A stretch of 64,000 nt of DNA from Octopus sinensis (taxonomy: Eukaryota): NCBI RefSeq assembly GCF_006345805.1, contig NC_043006.1, positions 15,500,001 through 15,564,000 of the forward strand, read 5' to 3'. Of this stretch, positions 25,741 to 39,725 are shown piece after piece (the first letter of the stretch is position 1; each line of letters opens with the position of its first letter). The notes under the pieces were generated by a model. The model saw only the letters and a list, made by a program, of their open reading frames with translations, was not told the DNA's origin and did not search any database. Position numbers and translations under genes: made by a program.

Positions 25741-28700
25741 TAGTTTTATTTTTATAGCGTGCTTTCACTTCACTACCGAGCGCAGCTCTGTGTGCCTTGG
25801 GTATGTGCTGTGATTTGTTGTGATGCGCTGATGGTTATTGTATGGAAAGTGTTCTGCGTAGGATGTGTGCAGTGCCTAGTAGTGCAATTTTCTGTATGTT
25901 ATATGTGTTTGTAAGTCCTGGTGTTTTTGTTATGTATTTGTCTGAATATTTTTTTATCATGCCTAATGCACCTATTATGATAGGAATTGTTTCTGTTTTC
26001 AGGTTCCACATTCTAGTTACCTCTATTTCCAGGTCTTTGTATTTTGAGAGTTTCTCCATTTCTTTTAGAGACACGTTGTCATCTGCCGGTATTGATACAT
26101 CAATTAGAAAGCATTTTTTTTCTTCATCATCTCTGACAACTATATCTGGTCTGTTGGCCTTAATTTCTCTATCTGTGTGTATGGGCATATCCCAGAGTAT
26201 GGTTGCTTTCTCGTTTTCTGTGACCTTTTCTGGTGTGTGCCTATACCATCTTTTTTCTGTTGTTATTCCATAATGTTGGCATAGCTTCCAATGTATGTAG
26301 GTTCCAACTCTGTCATGTCTGTGAATATATTCCTTCTTAGCCAGGACTGGGCAGCTAGAGATAATATGATTTATTGTTTCTTGTCCATCTCCACATATTC
26401 TGCAGTTACTTGTAATATTTCTTTTCATTACATGTTTTTGGTAATTTCTGGTGGGGAGGCTTTGGTCTGTGCTGCAATTAAAAATCCCTCTGTTTCTGCT
26501 TTGAGTCCTGAGCTTCTCAACCATTGCTGGGATTTTTCTTTGTCTATTTCTTTTGCGTTTAGTTTAGTGCAGTATTTACCATGAAGGGGTTTTTCTTGCC
26601 ATCGTTTTATCATGGCTCGTTGCTGTTCTATTTTTAGTTTGGATTTCATTTGTTTTATAGCTTTTGTTGTTTCTTCATCATCTTCTTCTTCTTCTTGTGT
26701 TTATTAGGTGGTATGATTTCTGTTTGTATTTGTCAGCTTCCTTAAATACTGAGAACAGTTTTTTTTTTTGCTCGTGTTTTGCTGCTATCTGGATCAGTTT
26801 TCCTTCCTTCTGAAGTAGGTATTTTTGCAGTCCTATGGTGGTTATTTTATAGTAGTTTTCCAGCTGTATAAGGCCTCTACCACCTTCTATACGTTGTATA
26901 TATAGTCTTTCTATGTCAGATTTTGGGTGATGCATCCTAGATCCTGTCAGTATTTTTCTTGTTTTCCTATCTATTTTGGACAGTTCATTTCGTGTCCAGT
27001 TCAGGATATTGTAGCTGTAACTTATAACTGGGACAGCTAAAGTGTTGATACCTATTATCTTGTTTTTAGCATTGAGCTCTGTTTTTAGTATTGATCTAAC
27101 TCGTCTATAATATTCTTTTTTTATTTTTTCTTTCATTTGTGTGTGTTGTGTCTTATCTGGTTCATGGATTCCTAAGTATTTGTAAGTTTGGCTTTGGTCT
27201 AATTCTTTTATTTCATTGGTTTTATCTAGTGTGATGTTGTTACTCTTAACTAGTTTTCCTCTTTTCATGGTTACTTGGCGCATTTTTCTAATCCAAATTT
27301 CATATCTATTTCTTTGGTAAATCCATGAACTGTCTTTAATAGTGTTTCCAGCTGTTTGTCATTTGCAGCGTATAGTTTTAGGTCATCCATATATAAAAGG
27401 TGGCTGATCGTTTTGCCGTAACATTTATATCCGCATCCAGTTCTATTTAGCATATCAGATAGAGGTGACAGTGCCAAGCAGAAAAGGAGTGGAGAGAGCG
27501 TGTCTCCTGGAATATTCCTCTTCTAATGGGGATGTCTTTGGTTTTCATGAGTCCCTCTTTTGTTTGGAGGTGTAGGACTGTTTGCCATTTATTCATAGAG
27601 TGCTCTATGAATTTTATGATTGTTGGTGCTACTTTGTTAATGGCTAGTGTTTCGAGGATCCATGTGTGGGGGATGCTATCAAACGCCTTCTTGTAGTCAA
27701 TCCAGGCCATACTGAGGCCTTTCTTCTTTCTGTGGCTGTCTTCAGTTACGGCTTTATTAATCATTAGTTGATCTTTACAGCCATATGAGCCCCTGCGGCA
27801 TCCTTTCTGCTCTTCTGGGAACAGTTTGTTTTCGTCCAGGTGCTTGTTCAGCCTTTGCGATATCACTGCAGTGAATGCCTTGAACATAGTAGAGAGGCAG
27901 GTATTGGTCTGTAGTTTTCTGGTTTTGTTGTTCATTTGATTTGGAATTAAGATGGTTTTCCCCTTCGTGAGCCATTCAGGCATTGTCTCTGGCTCTGCTA
28001 GTATGCTGTTAAAGTTTTCAGCCAGCTTTTTGTGCATTCCTGTTAGATACTTCAACCAGAAGTTGGGGATCTTGTCATGCCCAGGTGCCTTCCAGTTGCT
28101 TAGTTTTTGCAGTGCCTGGGTGACCTCTTCAGTTGTTATGGGGGTCCAAAGTTGTTCAGATGCCGAGTTTGTTATTTTCATACTCCTTTTTTTTTGCTGT
28201 TCGTTCGCCGACCATATTTCTTTCCAGAATTCTTCCAATTCTTCTGCCGTTGGTGCTGCAGTGACTTCTATTTTATTTTTGCCCCGTTCTTGGTAGAACT
28301 TTTTGGGGTCGGAGTTGAACTTTTTGTTCTGTTCAAAGAAGCGTTGGCGTTTCTCGTACCGGCGGATCCTTTGAGCTTTGGCAAGGATATCTTGCTTCAG
28401 CTTTTCTTTTATCTCCGGCAAATATTTTTCTGTGATGTTATATTTGCGAAGCATTTTTGTTCTCTTTTTGTTGCTCAGTAGCGTTGCTTGTTTGCTGATT
28501 TCATTAAGAATCGACAGGTCTTTTCTAATTTTTTTATTTTGTTTGGATGTTATTTATCCACAGGGTTTGTTTGGGTGGTGGTACTCCTGTTTGGGCGGGT
28601 TTGGGTGAGTATCCAGCTTCTTTTGTGGCTGCAGTGGCTGCTGCGTATATCAGGTCATTAGTTCAGTGATATCATTTTTTTGTTTCAGTGGCTAGTTCAG

Positions 28701-29681
28701 TGACGGCTAGGTTTATGTTGTTTATAATTGGTGTTGTTATTGCGTTTATTTTATTCTTGGGAGGTATGGTCGGTGGTCCATTTTGAGCTCTGTGGTTTTA
28801 GTTCTTTGATTATTTTATTTTTTATATTATCATAATCATTAGGCTCCCCTTCGTTGTTTACATCGTGTTTGTGGGAATGTTGCGTTGTCTTCGTGTTTTA
28901 CAGTTTCAGTGTTTATATTATTGGGCATTGTTGTGTGGCTTCTATCTACATTTTCCTGGTGTATTTTTTCTTTTAAATGTTCTATTTCTATTTCTGATAT
29001 TTTTTGGCTTTGAGAATGTATCTTCGTACGTTAGCTAATTTATTAGGGTTATTGCTGTATCCAAGTCTATATCTCTATTATTTTCCTTCCATATTTTATA
29101 TGTATGTGTTGTTGTATTTTCATTTTGTTGGTAGTAGAGCATTGCTGTGAAGTATGCGTGTAAGATAGAAATGTATTCCTCACGTGTCCATTTACGTCTT
29201 TTGGTTTAATTGCGGGACATGAGGTACAACGTCCGGCCCATTATTTTGACGGTCGTCATTTTCGTAGGGTACCGGTCCGTTTATTTCTGTTGTCACATTA
29301 TTTCGCACGTGTAGTTTTTCGTACATTTTTGTTGTAGGTTTAATGTACGTACCGCTCGATTGTTATTCTTGGGTTGAATAGTATCGGTGGCATTTAATTT
29401 CTTCGTAGTTCCTTTGTACATGGTGTTTGAGGTCGGTGATGATCGTGTTGTTCCACGCATGTTTACATGTGTTGTGTTAGAGGTGGAGATAATATTGAGT
29501 CAAAATACATAATTTCGTTTCGAAAATAGTAATAAATTTCAATTCGTATTACTTACTCGGACATAGTCCAATTCTTTGTTAGCAAATCTTTGGCTCCATA
29601 GGGTGTCCTTGTTTTCGATGTTTGTGGATAGATTTCGGAGCTCTGTATTTTCCTTCTTACATCTTAAACATCCCCGGTGTC
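25736..29681 (-). mobile_element. Near-full-length R4/Dong-clade non-LTR retrotransposon (Dong-1), about 3.95 kb, inserted in (TAA)n
   Basis: N-terminal RKWTREEY motif; RT motifs WIDYKKAFDSIPH, RGIFQ(G)D, HLLYMDDLKLY; C-terminal CRICGDGQETINHIISSC zinc knuckle and RPDIV...D...K..KY restriction-like endonuclease; (ATT)n on both flanks. Confidence 0.95.
25835..29330 (-). CDS. Dong-1 single polyprotein ORF (RT + CCHC + RLE), split by single-base frameshifts; start position approximate
   Basis: ORF-track pieces 27447-28454, 27271-27477, 26678-27283, 26428-26649 and 25835-26524 join after restoring one base at short A or G runs. Confidence 0.8.
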
Positions 29682-29712
<31 letters not shown>

Positions 29713-29721
29713 CATTATTAT

Positions 29722-31784
29722 TCTATGTTTGACTTTTGCTTTATATTTGTACAAGTTGGCTCCAAGTCTCACCCAGAGGCCTCAAGAGACAACAGGGTTG
29801 GAAGTTCATGCTGTTGTTATGCCTAGTGTGCCATATATTTGGGGGGTGGGGGTGTTGTACTAATGAATGTCTAAAAAAAGTTTTTTTTTTTTTTTTTTTT
29901 AAACCGAAAATTATGTTTGTTTTAAACCTTGAGATTACATAGAAAGTATTTTGCGTAGGATATGAGCAGTTCCCATGAGCACTATCTTTTGAATTTCTGC
30001 CATTTTGGGGTTTCCTGGTATCTGAGTTAGGTAGCTATCAGCCCTTTTGCTATCATTCCCAGGGCACCTATGACAACAGTATTGTTTTAGTCTTCAGCTT
30101 CCACATTTTGCTGATTTCTATTTCAAGATCTTTATATTTGCTCAGTTTTTGGTAGGTCTTGACAGATACGTTTATATCGATTGGGACAGTCATATCAATG
30201 AGGAGGCATGTTCTTTGTTTGAAGTCTTTCAATATGATGTCTGGCCTATTTGCATCTATCTTTCTGTCAGTTTGAATGGTGAAGTTCCAGAGGAGTGAGA
30301 TGTGGTCATTTTCAAGCACTGGGGGTGGTTTGTGTTCCCACCAGTTTTTTTCATGGGCAAATCCAGGTTTTTACAGATTACCCAGTGAATATATTGTGCA
30401 GCTCTATCGTGCCTGTTGAGATACTCTGTAGGCGCTAGAAGACTGCACTTGGAGACCACATGGTCAATGGTTTCATTTTGTTGCTTGCATACACGACACG
30501 TTGGACTGCTTCTGATCTTTAATATGTTGGCCTGGTAGTTTCTTGTTGGTAGGCATTGATCTTGAGCTGCTATGATAAACCCCTCTGTTTCAGATTTTAA
30601 GCCAGAGGCCATTAGCCATTGATGGGTCAGGGCTTTGTCAACATCTGCATTATTTGCTCTCTTTGGGTATTTGCCATAGAGAGGTTTTTCTTGCCATTTA
30701 TCATTCAGAATATCTAAGGCCGCAGATTTAGCACGGGTTTTCATGCGCTTAGCTTTTTCTGTGCCTGTTTCTTGTATGTCTATCTCTAATTCCGAATTTG
30801 TTGTATTCGGAATTCACTTAGATATTCCTTTGCCTGTTTTGTTACTGAGTATGATGCTTTCTTGTTTTCATGTTTTGAGACAAGTTTAACATCCAGTCCT
30901 CAGAGTTTTTCAGGTAGGTGTCTAGGCCAATTGTAGCAATCTTCATTGTTATTGCCAGTTGTAAAAGTCCACGGCCTCCCTCTTTTCTTGGCAGATAAAG
31001 TCGTTCTGTATCTGCCTTAGGGTGGTGCATTCTATGCATTGTCAACAGTTATCGTATTTTTCTGTCAAGATTACATATTTCAGTAATTGACCAGTTAACG
31101 ATATTGAAACTGTAAGTCACGACTGGTATGGCTAATGCATTGATCGCTTCGATCCTGTTTCTCGCATTCAGCTCTGTCTTGAGTATTGCTCTTACTCTGC
31201 GATAGCATTCTCTCCTGATCCTTTCCTTCATCTCTGAATGCCTTATTCCTTCTCCTTCAATTACCCCTAGATACTTGTAGTTCTCTGCTGGGTCTAATTC
31301 TTTTATGACATTCTGCTGGTCAAGGTTAACGTTAGATGTTTCTGTCATTTTTCCTTTGATTAAGGTAGCTTTTGCGCATTTATCGAGGCCAAATTGCATT
31401 CTGATGTCATCACTGAATTGTTTGACAATCGCTAGTAAGCCCTTGAGTTGTTGGTCATTTTTTGCAAAAAGCTTTAAATCATCCATGTAAATGAGATGAT
31501 TTATATTTTTATCAAACATTTTATACCCGTACTGCGCGTCATTGAGCAGTTTTGAGAGAGGCATTAAGGCTAAACAGAAGAGGAGCGGTGATAGTGAGTC
31601 ACCCTGGAAAATGCCACATGAAATTTTTACATCACCAGCATTTAGAGATTCATTGTCACTGTTCAAAGTTAGTGTGGTTCTCCATGATCTCATACTTACA
31701 GACAAAAAGTTTCGCAGAGCAGGTGCTATCTTATACATTTCTAGGCATTTATTAATCCAGCTATGTGGTAGGCTATTAAAAGCC

Positions 31785-31787
<3 letters not shown>
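29722..31787 (-). mobile_element. 5'-truncated second Dong/R4 family (Dong-3) in (TAA)n
   Basis: KAFNSLPHSW...GIFQGDSLSPLLF...YMDDLKLF...HHPKAD...CRVCKQQNETIDHVVSKC...ANRPDIIL; 3' UTR differs from Dong-1; (ATT)n flanks. Confidence 0.92.
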
Positions 31788-31852
<65 letters not shown>

Positions 31853-31875
31853 CATTATTATTATTATTATTATTA

Positions 31876-34800
31876 TTCAGTAGTCTTATTTTTATGATAT
31901 GCTCTCACTGAACGACTGAGCGTAGCTCTGTTTGCCTTGTGTATGTGCTCTGGTTTGTTGTGATGCTCTTATTTTTACTGTATTGAAAGTGTTTTACGTA
32001 GGATGTGTGCAGTGCCTAGTAGGGCTATTTTCTGCATGTTATATATACTTGTTAGACCTGGTGTTTAGTTATGTATTTGTGCGAATAATTTTTTACCATA
32101 TCTACTACGCCTACTGTAATAGGAATTGTCTTTAGGCTCCGCATTCGATTTACTTCTATTTCCAGATCTTTGTTTTTTGAAAATTTCTCCGTTTCTTTTA
32201 GAGAAACTTTGTCATCTGTTGCTATTGATACATCGATTAGAAAGCATGACAACTATATCCGGCTTATTGGCCTTAATTTCTCTATCTGTGTGTATCCCAG
32301 AATATTGTTGCTTTCTCATTTTCTGTGACCTTTTCTGGCGTGTGTCTATACCATCGTTTTTCTGTTGTTATTCCATAATGTTGGCATAGCTTCCAGTGCA
32401 TCTAGGTCCCAACTCTGTCGTGTCTGTGAATATATTCTTTCTTAGCCAGAACTGGTGGGAAGGCTTTCATCTTCTGCTGCAATTAAAAATCATTTAGTCT
32501 TTGCTTTGAGTCCGGAGCTTCTCAGCTATTGTTGAGATTTTACTTTCACTATTTCTTTTCTGTTCAGCTTAACCTAATATTTGCCATGTAGGAGCTTTTC
32601 TTGCCATCGTTTTATCATGATACGTTGCTACTCCAGTTTTAGTTTGGATCTCAGTTGTTTTACAGCTTTTGTCGTTTTATCTTTTTCTTCATAGTTGTTA
32701 GGTACTATGACTTCTTTTTCGTATTTTTCAGCTTCCTTAATGACAGAAAACAGGTCTTTGTTTTGTTTGTGTTTTGTGGCTATTTGCATTCGTTTTATTT
32801 GTTTCTGAAGTAGGTATTTCTGTAGTCCTATGATATTATTTTGTAATAGTTTTCTAGCTGTATAAGGCCTCTACCACCTTCGATACTTTGTATGTATATC
32901 CTTTCTATGTCATATTTTGGGTGGTACATCCTAAATCCTGTCATTATTTTTCTTGTTTTCCTGTTCATTTTGACTATTTCATTTAGAGTCAAGTTAAGAA
33001 CATTGTAGCTGTAACTTATAACAGGGACAGCCAGAGTACTGATACCTTTTATCTTGTTTTTCGCGTTGAGCTTTGTTTTCTGTATTAATCTAACTAGTTT
33101 TTAGTATTCTTTCCTATCTTCTCTTTCCTTTGTGTGTGTTGTATCGTATCTAGTTCATTGATTCCTACATATTTGTATATCTGGCTTTAGTCTAATTTTC
33201 TTATTTCATTTGCTTTATCTAGTGTAATGTTGCTACTCTTAACTAGTTTTCCTTTTCTCGAAGTTGCTTTGGCACATTTTTCTATGCCAAATTTCCTGAT
33301 TATTTCTTTAGTAAATCCATGTACTCTCTGTAGTGATGTTTCCAGCTGTTTATCATTTGTATCATACGGTTTTACCTCATCCAAATGCAAGTGATGGTTA
33401 ATTGTTTTGCCGTAACACTTGTATCCACATCCAATTCTGTTTAGCATGTCATTTAAAGGTGTCTGTGCCAAGCAGGAAATAAGTGCAGAGAGCGTGACTC
33501 CCTGGAACATTCCTCTTCTAATTGGGATGGCTTTGACTTTTATGAAACGCTCTTTGTCTGGAGCCGAAGCACTGTCTGCCACTTATTCATGATATGTCTT
33601 ATATATTTTATGATTATTGGTGCTACCTTGTGTTTTTAGTGTTTCTAGGAGCCAAGTGTGGGGAATACTATCAAAATTCTTTCGATAATCTATCGAAGCT
33701 ATATTTAAACCTTTCTTCTGTCTGTGGATGTCTTCAGTTATGGCTTTATTGATCAGTAGCTGATCTTTACAGCCTTATGAGCCCTTGCATCATCCCGTCT
33801 ACTCTTCTGGAAACAGGTTGTTTTCTTCCAGATGCTTGCCCATTCTCTGCGATATTATTGCAGTAAAGGCTTTGTAAATTGTAGGGAGACAAGTTATTGT
33901 TCTGTAATTTTGTAGGTTTGCCGTTTCAGTTTATTCGGGAATTAGGATACTTTTCTCTTCCGTGAGCCATTCAAGCATTGTCTCTGGCTCTGCTAGTATT
34001 TCATTAACTTTTTCAGCCAACGTTTTATATATTCTTGTTAGATATTGTAACCAGAAGTTTTTAGATTTGCTTCGTACTCCCTCCCGTTCATATTTTTGTC
34101 TGTGGTGTTCTGGTTTGGTGCATTTTCTTCATCATTATACATTCCTGCGGTTTGAGTTTGTTGTCTTTCGTTGTTTACCTCGTTTTTGTTGGACATGTGA
34201 CGTCTGTTTTCGTATTTTACCTTCCCAATGCTTATGGTATTATTTGACAATGATGTGTGGTTACTAGTTACTATCTACATTTTCCTCATGTATTTTTACT
34301 TTTAAGTGTTCTATTTCTATTTCTGATTTTTAAAATTTTTTGTTGTTTTGAGAATATATCCCCGCATGTTGGCTAGTTTATTTGGGTTCAGTGTTGTGTC
34401 TAAATCGTTATCCAGGTTATTCTTCTTCTGGATTTTTATATGTTGTCTTTCCGTTCTGTGGGTAGAGCACTGATATAAAATAAGTGTGTAGGATTGAAAT
34501 ATATTCCTCGCGTGTCCATTTATGCTTTTTTGATTTTATTTGCGGGACATGAGGAATAACGTCCGGTCCTTTATTTTGATGGTCATCATTTTCGTAGGGT
34601 ACAGGTCCATTCATTACTGGTGTTAAATGGTTTTACACGTGTAGTTTTTCGTACTTCTTGTGAAACAAGCTTAAAGTACGTACTTCCCGTTTGTTATCCT
34701 TGGGCGCAGGAGTGGCTGTGTGGTAAGTAGCTTGCTAACCAACCACATGGTTCCGGGTTCAGTCCCACTGCGTGGCATCTTGGGCAAATGTCTTCTGCTA

Positions 34801-35546
34801 TAACCCCGGGCCGACCAATGCCTTGTGAGTGGATTTGGTAGACGGAAACTGAAAGAAGCCTGTCGTATATATGTATATATATATATATATGTTTGTTTGT
34901 GTGTCTGTGTTTGTCCCCCTAGCATTGCTTGACAACCGATGCTGGTGTGTTTACGTCCCCGTCACTTAGCGGTTCGGCAAAAGAGAGACCGATAGAATAA
35001 GTACTGGGCTTACAAAGAATAAGTCCCGGGGTCGAGTTGCTCGATTAAAGGTGGTGCTCCAGCATGGCCGCAGTCAAATGACTGAAACAAGTAAAAGAGA
35101 GAAAGAGAGAAAGAGGGTTGAATAATACGGGTATTATATAATTTATTTTTTCTTTTTTGTGTATGTTGATTGGGGACGTAATATAGCGAACGTGCTTACA
35201 TGTATTGTGCGAATTATGGAGATGATGCACAGTTAAAATACATCATTATAATTGGAAAATAGAAATAGTCCAACATTTTTAATGAGTATTACGTACTCGG
35301 TTATAGTCCATGTGTGTGGAATAGTCAGTCTGGCGAGCGTGTTTACACGTGTTGTGCGAGTGATGGAGATGATACACTGTTAAAATACATAATTTCATTT
35401 AGAAAATAGAAATAAATTTTAAGAAGTATTACTTATTCGGATATAGTCCAACACCTTGTCAGTTATTTTAGGTTTCATTTGTTGTCTTTATTCCCGATGT
35501 TTTTGGATAGATTTCGGAGCAGTGTTTTATCGTTTAAAACACTTAA
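31876..35546 (-). mobile_element. Older near-full-length Dong/R4 copy (Dong-2), related to Dong-1, with nested SINE
   Basis: IPIRRGMFQGVTLS...GCGYKCYGKTINH, NGPVPYENDD...KWTREEY; 3' and 5' UTRs homologous to Dong-1; many stops and deletions. Confidence 0.9.
34703..35114 (+). mobile_element. SINE family A, full length, nested in Dong-2
   Basis: Splits the sequence homologous to Dong-1 ttgttattctt/gggttgaatag. Confidence 0.92.
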
Positions 35547-36909
35547 CAAATTTACTCATCGAGTGTTTGATTAATTGATCGGTAAATTAATCAGACTGTT
35601 TCTCCAAAGTCCTTTCGTTATCACTCGCAATAATGCTAATACTTGGATTGTTTAGAGGAAGTACAAAAAGCATTGCAGACAAATATAAACAGAGCATTCT
35701 TGCATGAATTCAAACCTGATTTAACCTGCGTGTTATGAGGGAACTTTCCAGAAAGTAACATTTAGAGTTTTAAACATTAGAGTGGCACTTCCTGAGACCT
35801 ACATCAAAGATGCGCTTGTACCTGGTGCATCTGCAAGACTTTGTTTTTTGCTTATGTCGGGAGGAAGTAAAAAGTAAATAAAAAATAGAACAATGGCAGC
35901 TAAAGATAATCTCAAGAATTAAGAGTACTCCCAAGCTGATGTGCTATTAAAGAAGACCGTCTAATTGTCTGGACACAAGAGGAGAAAATGCGGATGCGTG
36001 TTCCTACCTCAATAAGCCTCATAAATACAGCTGGAGACATTTACAGATATTTATATAAAATAGAGAACACACTTAACAGATTAGATAATGTGCCTAAATT
36101 CAACGAAAATGAGCTGAAAGAATAATTTGGCTTGGAAAAACGCATCTATTTTAACAAAAAGCGTGAATAACGATCTAGAGGAATCTTAGAATCTTTATGT
36201 AATATTAATCGAGCTGATATAAGCGTTGGCTGAATCTCAAATCGCATTTTACATCGTACAAAGAGAGAGTAAGGGAGATAAGAAAAAATACAGAGTTAAA
36301 AGATGTTTAAGTCGCTTGAAGAACGTTGGAATTGAAAGGTGTTGGTAGAGCAATGATGACGACGATAAAAGCTGCGTGACGCATGTTTATTCACACATAC
36401 ACGTAAAGAAAATTACAGTTTAAGTGGAAGTATAAACTTGATAAACAATTGCTAGAAGGAGATAGAGAAAACAATAGGTTTACGTAGCCATATATTTACG
36501 TGTCTATATGTATGCTTGTACGTATATTTATGTACATTTATAATATTTTATATTAATATTGACTATTTACCCTGGTGGCTAAAGTATACTTGCAATGTTA
36601 CATGGTTAACATTGTAGTGCACTAATATAGTTTACTATTCAATTAGGTAACTATTCTTTGATAATTGACAATTTTTTTTTACTTCTATTTCATAAAATAA
36701 TAATGCTAAATTTACTTTTACAAACGTTTTGTTTATATAACTGTAATAATGAAATAAAATACGAATCAAAACATTTAAAGGAAAGAAAGCGAGGTAACAA
36801 CGCAGATGTTTGCATTATCAAAAATTCTAACTTAAAAATTTTCACACATTGAGAATATGCAGTCATATTAAAATAAAAATGGATGATAGACAAATATATA
36901 AGTATGGAT

Positions 36910-37293
36910 GGAAGCACTCCGTCGGTTACGACGACGAGGGTTCCGGTTGATCCGAATCAACGGAACAGCCTGCACGTGAAATTAACGTGTAAGTGGCTGA
37001 GCACTCCACAGACACGTGTACCCTTAACGTAGTTCTCGGGGATATTCAGCGTGACACCGAGAGTGACAAGGTCGGCCCTTTGAAATACAGATACAACAGA
37101 AACAGGAAGTAAGAGTGAGAGAAAGTTGTGGTGAAAGAGTACAGCAGGGATCACCACCATCCCCTGCCGGAGTCTCGTAGAGCTTTAGGTGTTTTCGCTC
37201 AATAAACACTCACAACGCCCGGTCTGGGAATCGAAACCGCGATCCTATGACCGCGAGTCCGCTGCCCTAACCACTGGGCCATTGCGCCTCCAC
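36910..37293 (-). mobile_element. SINE family C1 with 14-bp TSD
   Basis: TSD atataagtat(g/a)gat at 36896-36909 and 37294-37307. Confidence 0.92.
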
Positions 37294-37504
37294 ATATAAG
37301 TATAGATAGACTGAGACATCAGACCTAATGATTTCTTTTATTTTCTATATTGTTTTAAATAATTCAAAGCTAACAGTGAATTCCATGCGATTAAAATCAC
37401 ATACGCATGCACACGCACGCACAAACACGTACACACACACACACCCGCACGCACACACGCAACAAACACATGTACAGACAAATACAAGCACACATGCAAA
37501 CACA

Positions 37505-37910
37505 GTGGTAAGTAGCTTGCTAACCAACCACATGGTTCCGGGTTCAGTCCCACTGCGTGGCATCTTGGGCAAGTGTCTTCTGCTATAGCCCCGGGCCGAC
37601 CAATGCCTTGTGAGTGGATTTGGTAGACGGAAACTGAAAGAAGCCTGTCGTATATATGTATATATATATATGTGTGTGTGTATATGTTTGTGTGTCTGTG
37701 TTTGTCCCCCTAGCATTGCTTGACAACCGATGCTGGTGTGTTTACGTCCCCGCCACCTAGCGGTTCGGCGAAAGAGACCGATAGAATAAGTACTGGGCTT
37801 ACAAAAAAAAAGAATAAGTCCCGGGGTCGATTTGCTCGATTAAAGGCTGTGCTCCAGCATGGCCGCAGTCAAATGACTGAAACAAGTAAAAGAGTAAAAG
37901 AGTAAAAGAG
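37505..37910 (+). mobile_element. SINE family A, slightly 5'-truncated, (gtaaaaga)n tail
   Basis: Matches 34703-35114 from gtggtaagtagc onward. Confidence 0.92.
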
Positions 37911-38062
37911 ATACTGCTTCGCCTCCATTTTGCTTCTTCAATTCGTTTTGTTTTCTTTTCGATCTGTTGCCGTTCTTATTTTTTTCTCTCTCTCAAACTA
38001 TTTATATTTTCGTTAACTATAGCACCCACTGTGCTGCTCAGTTTCTCTATGACACTACCTAC

Positions 38063-38508
<446 letters not shown>

Positions 38509-38690
38509 AACATATGCATATATACACTTATTAATTATATACACTTATTAAAGAGTTTTGAATGAAAAGTAGCTATATACGGTCTTATTTAACATTTTCG
38601 AGAGAAGAAAAATTTCACCTGAAACTAAATATAAAATAATGTATATGCACGTGCGTGTGTGTGTGCGTGTGTGTGTGCATGTGCGTATGC

Positions 38691-38723
<33 letters not shown>

Positions 38724-39535
38724 CTTACATACATAATACATACACACTCACATACATAATACATACACATATACAGCCATACATAGATTGTTTTCGAGTT
38801 CAGCTCAGGAGTTTGACCATTTAAATATATCGATTTTTGTATCATTCGTTGTTGCTGTTATGACTCGATATAATGTCCCAGTCACACAATTTACATGTCG
38901 GTCGATATAGAAAATGAATTAACAATTTATGACGATTTGTCAAGATGTTGTGCAAGAGTAGAGAACGAATGATGAATTAAGACAATCAGTGATATGTTAA
39001 ATGATTTCTCTCACGAAAGTTGACATGGCTATTACAGTTAAGAACATTGCTTCGTAGATAATTTGAAGTAACTGTCTTATAATCAAAAGTCAAATGTTGT
39101 TCACCATACTTGTATTGAACCTGAAAATATGGTTTATTCAATCGAAAAATAAATGCCTACAATAAATCATTATCGCTGATGAAATTGGTTTTTTTAAAAA
39201 TTTTTGAGAAGCTAAAGTACGGAAATAGCAAAGTGTTTATTGTTGAGAAAATAACAATTAACAGGTGTGGTATGAGAATAACCGTAACTAACTATAGCTA
39301 CGATCGCTGTCATTTTTCGGGATTATCTCATTTCCTCTGATATAAGTGATATAAGTGCATTTTAACATACAGTGTTCCTATCTTGTCAGTGACGGAGTAA
39401 TATATCTCTGGCCAAAATGCTAATATCCTTTTAATCTATTTTTACTTCATTAAAAAAAAAACAAAGCTGAACTATCTCTTATGAAGGACTCCAGAAACAT
39501 TAAAAACTTTCAAAGGTATAAAATACGAGTTTTTG

Positions 39536-39569
<34 letters not shown>

Positions 39570-39585
39570 TATATATATATAATAT

Positions 39586-39616
<31 letters not shown>

Positions 39617-39686
39617 TATTGCATTTAAATTGTACATATATTTGTGGTCTGATGAATCTCACTCAAATCCACACTAACAACACCAG

Positions 39687-39725
<39 letters not shown>

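Noticed and set aside
29480-29681. Possible HDV-like ribozyme at the 5' end of Dong-1
   Set aside because: Could not build the nested double pseudoknot by eye; an Infernal or RNArobo search would be needed.
21806-32389. Plus-strand ORFs such as 21806-22138, 23763-24083, 25842-26273, 28107-28481 and 31542-31883
   Set aside because: Antisense shadows of the minus-strand Dong coding sequence.
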